Source of the DNA: Enterobacteriaceae endosymbiont of Donacia provostii
Lineage (GTDB): Bacteria; Pseudomonadota; Gammaproteobacteria; Enterobacterales; Enterobacteriaceae
Assembly (NCBI RefSeq): GCF_012570145.1
Contig: NZ_CP046206.1
Location: 32,324-64,323 of the forward strand
DNA: 32,000 bases
Direction: 5' to 3'
Shown: piece after piece, positions 28,898 to 32,000 of the stretch
Layout: the number at the start of each line of letters is the position of its first letter
How positions within the stretch are numbered: the stretch's first letter is position 1
Position numbers and translations under genes: made by a program
The notes under the pieces: model-generated
The model's input: only the letters and a program-made list of their open reading frames with translations
What the model was told of the DNA's origin: nothing
The model's database searches: none

Positions 28898-31051
28898 TTA
28901 AGATATTTTACTAGCCTGAATTACAGTAACTGCAATAGTATATATAATATCTTCAATAGAAGCACCTCTAGAAAGATCATTAATGGGTTGTTTAATACCT
29001 TGTAAAATAGGACCTATAGAAATAGTATTAGAAGATCTTTGTACTGCCTTATATGTAGTATTACCAGTATTAAGATCTGGAAAAATAATAATATTAGCAT
29101 TACCGGCAACTAATGAATTTGGTGCTTTATACTTAGCAACATCATTTGAAATAGCTGTATCATATTGTAAAGGTCCATCTATTAAAAGGTTAGGTAATAT
29201 TTTTTGTACTAATTTTGTAGCTTTATATACTTTTTCTACTTCTAAACCTTTTGCTGAATTACCTGTTGAATAAGAAATCATAGCTACTTTAGGTTTAAAA
29301 TCAAATAATTTACTAGTTTTAACTGATTGTATAGCTATTTCGGCTAATTGTTTATAATTGGGATTAGGATTAATTGCACAATCACTATATATTAATATAT
29401 CATTTGATAGTAACATAATAAATATAGATGAAACAATAGAATATTCAGGTAAAGTTTTAATAATTTGTAATGCAGGTCTAATAGTATTAGCTGTAGTAGT
29501 ACTAGCACCTGCAACTATACCATCAATTTTATGTTCTTTTAACATCATAGTAGCTAAAAACATATTATCTTTTAATAATTTTATAGCTTCATATTTATTT
29601 GATAATTTATTTCTTCTAAGAAACATTAGTTTTTCTATATAATTATCTCTTATAGAATCTGGATCAATAATATTAATATTATCAATATTTACATTATTTT
29701 TTTTAGAAATTTTATATATTTCTTTAATTTTTCCTAATAAAATACAATTAGCAATATTTTTTTCAGAACATATAGATGCTGCTTTTATAGTTCTTAATTC
29801 ATTACCTTCTGGTAATAAAATGGTCTTTGTAAATTTATTTGCTTTATTTATTAAATTAAATTTAAAAATAAATGGAGAAATATAAAATTTATAATTTAAA
29901 ATTTTATAATTTAAAATATTTGAAGGAATATATAATTGAATATATTTAATTATGTTATTTATTAAATTTAAATCATTTATAGGAAAATTAAATTTGTAAA
30001 TATTTTCTAATTTTATAAAAGTATTATATAAACTATATTTTATATAAAATAAAGACATATTATTATTAATAATAATATTAATGATATTATCAATTATTTT
30101 ATTAGAATAATCATATTTTTTATTTTTTACAAAATCTGTGAATAAAATTGCACCAAAAAAAATATTTTTAGATAATATTTCATATAATATTTTTATAATT
30201 TTATAATCTTTTAATGAAAGAATTAATAATGATTTTTTAAATTTTTTTTGTTCTATAAAAATTTTTTTATCTAAGTAAATAATATATTTAATTTTTTGAA
30301 ATTTATTATTATTAATAATATTACAATTTAAATAATTAAATATTAATTTCATATTAATACCAAATACAAAATTTTTTAACCACGGAATCAATATAATATT
30401 ATTTTTTTTATAAATAAAATTTTTTTTATGTATAAAATTATTTTTTTTTTTATAAATAAAATTTTTAAAAATATTTAAATTATAAAAAAAAGGATTATTA
30501 TTTTGGTATTCATATGGATTTTTAATTAATAAATATATATTTTGAATATTAAAATTATGTATTTTTTCTTTAAAAAGAATATTAATTTTGGATTTTATTT
30601 TTTCTAAATTATTTTCTATTTTAGACATTGATGTAACAAAAATTATTTTTGCATTAAAAATATTTGCTATATCACAATTTAATTGAAATATTAATTGTTT
30701 AATATAAATAGGTATTATTCCTTCTATAAATAGAATAGAAGTATTATCTTTATTTTTTAAAGATTTTTTTATTATATTATTAATAATATTATTATAACTA
30801 ATATTTTTTTTAAATACATTAATATCATTAATTTTTATTGGATTAATGGATTTTATATTAGAAAAATTACATGTATTTAAAATATTATTAGTATAATTAA
30901 AATTATAATATTCTATTTTAGAAATAGGTTTAAAAAAATTACATTTTAATTTATTATCTTCTATAATTTTTAAAAATCCTAAATTAATACTTGTAAAAAA
31001 ATGTATATCTATATCTAAAGGTATAGACATAATAACTTTTTTTTTAAACAT
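28898..31051 (-). CDS. pta: phosphate acetyltransferase (long enterobacterial form)
   Basis: 717-aa ORF. The C-terminal ~325 aa are highly similar to E. coli Pta (LPEGNELRTIKAA, TTANTIRPALQIIKT, DCAINPNP, FPDLNTGNTTYKAVQRS, NDLSRGA). The N-terminal ~390 aa are very divergent but keep the length. It lies downstream of ackA. Confidence 0.93.
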   Translation of the reverse strand: MFKKKVIMSIPLDIDIHFFTSINLGFLKIIEDNKLKCNFFKPISKIEYYNFNYTNNILNTCNFSNIKSINPIKINDINVFKKNISYNNIINNIIKKSLKNKDNTSILFIEGIIPIYIKQLIFQLNCDIANIFNAKIIFVTSMSKIENNLEKIKSKINILFKEKIHNFNIQNIYLLIKNPYEYQNNNPFFYNLNIFKNFIYKKKNNFIHKKNFIYKKNNIILIPWLKNFVFGINMKLIFNYLNCNIINNNKFQKIKYIIYLDKKIFIEQKKFKKSLLILSLKDYKIIKILYEILSKNIFFGAILFTDFVKNKKYDYSNKIIDNIINIIINNNMSLFYIKYSLYNTFIKLENIYKFNFPINDLNLINNIIKYIQLYIPSNILNYKILNYKFYISPFIFKFNLINKANKFTKTILLPEGNELRTIKAASICSEKNIANCILLGKIKEIYKISKKNNVNIDNINIIDPDSIRDNYIEKLMFLRRNKLSNKYEAIKLLKDNMFLATMMLKEHKIDGIVAGASTTTANTIRPALQIIKTLPEYSIVSSIFIMLLSNDILIYSDCAINPNPNYKQLAEIAIQSVKTSKLFDFKPKVAMISYSTGNSAKGLEVEKVYKATKLVQKILPNLLIDGPLQYDTAISNDVAKYKAPNSLVAGNANIIIFPDLNTGNTTYKAVQRSSNTISIGPILQGIKQPINDLSRGASIEDIIYTIAVTVIQASKIS
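30400..30470 (-). repeat. imperfect in-frame tandem repeat inside the pta N-terminal domain
   Basis: The peptide NFIYKKKN-NFIHKK-NFIYKKNN is repeated. On the plus strand the 10-mer ataaataaaa, flanked by T-runs, recurs 42 nt apart (30410 and 30452). Confidence 0.55.
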
Positions 31052-31079
31052 TACTATTACCTTTTAAATTTTTTAAAAA

Positions 31080-32000
31080 TTAATATTTTAGATTATTAAT
31101 AATTTTAAATGTATCTTGTGCTATCATTAATTCTTCATTTGTAGGTATAACTAATATTGGTATACTTAAATGAGTACTTATAATTCCCATTTTACCTTGT
31201 TTAGTTTTATAATTTAAATTTTTATCAATAAAAAATTTTAAAATTTTTAATTTTTTTATAGTTTTTTCTCTAATTAATACACTATTTTCTCCAATTCCAC
31301 CTGTAAAAATTATTGCATTTATTTTATTATTCATTAATACACTATAAGAAGCTATATATTTAATTAAACTATGTATAAATACATTAGTAGCGATTTTAAT
31401 ATTTTTATTTTTATAATAATTTTCTTCAATATATCTAAAATCACTAGTAATATTTGTTAGTCCTAACATACCTGATTTTTGAGTTAAAATATTATATATT
31501 TTATTTATATTAAAATTTAATTTATCATACATGTAAAAAATAATTGCTGGATCAATATTTCCACATCTAGTTCCCATAACTAATCCTTCTAATGGAGTTA
31601 ATCCCATAGAAGTATCTATACTTTTACCGTTATTTATTGCTGTAATAGATGAACCATTTCCTAAATGACATGAAATACAATTAAAATTATTTAATTCTAT
31701 ATTTAAAAATTTAGCTGCTACTTTTGTTACATATTTATGACTAGTACCATGTGCTCCATAACGACGTATTTTATATTTTTTATAAAATTTAATAGGTAAT
31801 CCATATAAATATGATTCTATAGGCATGGTTTGATGAAAGGATGTATCAAATACAGCTACCTGTTTATTTTTTAAATGAGGTAAAATTGTTTTTATTTTTT
31901 TTATACCTACTATTTGAATTGGATTATGTAAAGGCGCAAAAACAGATGCTCTTTTTATTTCTTTAAGAACTATATCCGTAATTAATGTAGAATTAGTAAA
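31080..32000 (-). CDS. ackA: acetate kinase (partial; N-terminal part lies right of the window)
   Basis: The ORF track starts at an internal Met (31826). I extended the same frame upstream and read ..PHLKNKQVAVFDTSFHQTMPIESYLYGLP.., colinear with E. coli ..[26 protein letters not shown]. The frame stays open over the ~50 nt I translated beyond 31826; I did not check the last ~120 nt to position 32000 for stops. IRRYGAHGTSHKYV is present. Confidence 0.93.
   Translation of the reverse strand, partial: FTNSTLITDIVLKEIKRASVFAPLHNPIQIVGIKKIKTILPHLKNKQVAVFDTSFHQTMPIESYLYGLPIKFYKKYKIRRYGAHGTSHKYVTKVAAKFLNIELNNFNCISCHLGNGSSITAINNGKSIDTSMGLTPLEGLVMGTRCGNIDPAIIFYMYDKLNFNINKIYNILTQKSGMLGLTNITSDFRYIEENYYKNKNIKIATNVFIHSLIKYIASYSVLMNNKINAIIFTGGIGENSVLIREKTIKKLKILKFFIDKNLNYKTKQGKMGIISTHLSIPILVIPTNEELMIAQDTFKIINNLKY

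Noticed and set aside
28983-29642. Two plus-strand ORFs (96 aa at 28983-29273 and 94 aa at 29358-29642)
   Set aside because: Both lie antisense within the most conserved, relatively G+C-richer catalytic part of pta. They are shadow ORFs of a strongly supported gene.
31824-31826. ATG taken by the ORF track as the ackA start
   Set aside because: It is the internal Met of the conserved FHQTMP motif. The frame continues upstream with AckA-like sequence over the stretch I translated, so the gene is truncated by the window rather than starting here.
1-32000. Search for tRNA, rRNA, tmRNA, 4.5S RNA, RNase P RNA or riboswitches in the intergenic spacers
   Set aside because: All spacers (35-271 bp) are nearly pure A/T and lack the G/C-containing stems such RNAs need. 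No tRNA-like or other structured RNA motif was recognisable by eye. A covariance-model scan (tRNAscan-SE, Infernal/Rfam) would be the decisive check.
1-32000. CRISPR arrays, transposases or IS elements, integrases, prophage genes, toxin-antitoxin or defence systems, novel operons of unknown genes
   Set aside because: Every substantial ORF has a clear housekeeping or biosynthetic orthologue. I saw no spaced direct-repeat arrays, no terminal inverted repeats flanking ORFs and no orphan ORFs.

Overview
By eye (not computed), this window is about 80% A+T and roughly 94% coding. It looks like a piece of a strongly reduced gammaproteobacterial (Enterobacterales-derived) insect nutritional endosymbiont chromosome, Buchnera-like; I cannot name the species from sequence alone. 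I call 30 protein-coding genes, two of them cut by the window edges. All 30 have clear E. coli orthologues judged by my own reading of the translations: cysS', dnaB, dusA, der, hisS | tadA, glyA, yajL | nusB, ribH, ribD | leuA, leuB, leuC, leuD, adk, dapA | glyS, glyQ | fieF, pfkA, rplY | dapB, lspA, ileS | rpsT, erpA, gpmA | pta, ackA'. The content is housekeeping (replication, translation, glycolysis, acetate) plus host-provisioning pathways (leucine, lysine, riboflavin). The standard code applies: TGA is used as a stop and TGG encodes Trp. I found no rRNA, tRNA or ncRNA genes, no mobile elements, no CRISPR, no defence-type genes and no orphan ORFs. Every ORF over about 90 aa that is not antisense noise has an assignment. 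I therefore do not see a credible previously undescribed system here, and I score everything as low to moderate interest. The items most worth a second look are: (1) chromosomal leuABCD with no attenuator, packed head to tail with adk; (2) several E. coli-type synteny blocks collapsed to short spacers, which removes dxs/ispA, ispG, ispH and ribF from their conserved slots; (3) erosion of GTPase domain 1 of Der and of the N-terminal domain of Pta, while the partner domains stay conserved; (4) slippage-prone sequence inside genes, namely a perfect 3x10-bp repeat forming the adk stop, a C8 tract in gpmA, and A/T runs of 13-14 nt; (5) unusual gene overlaps.
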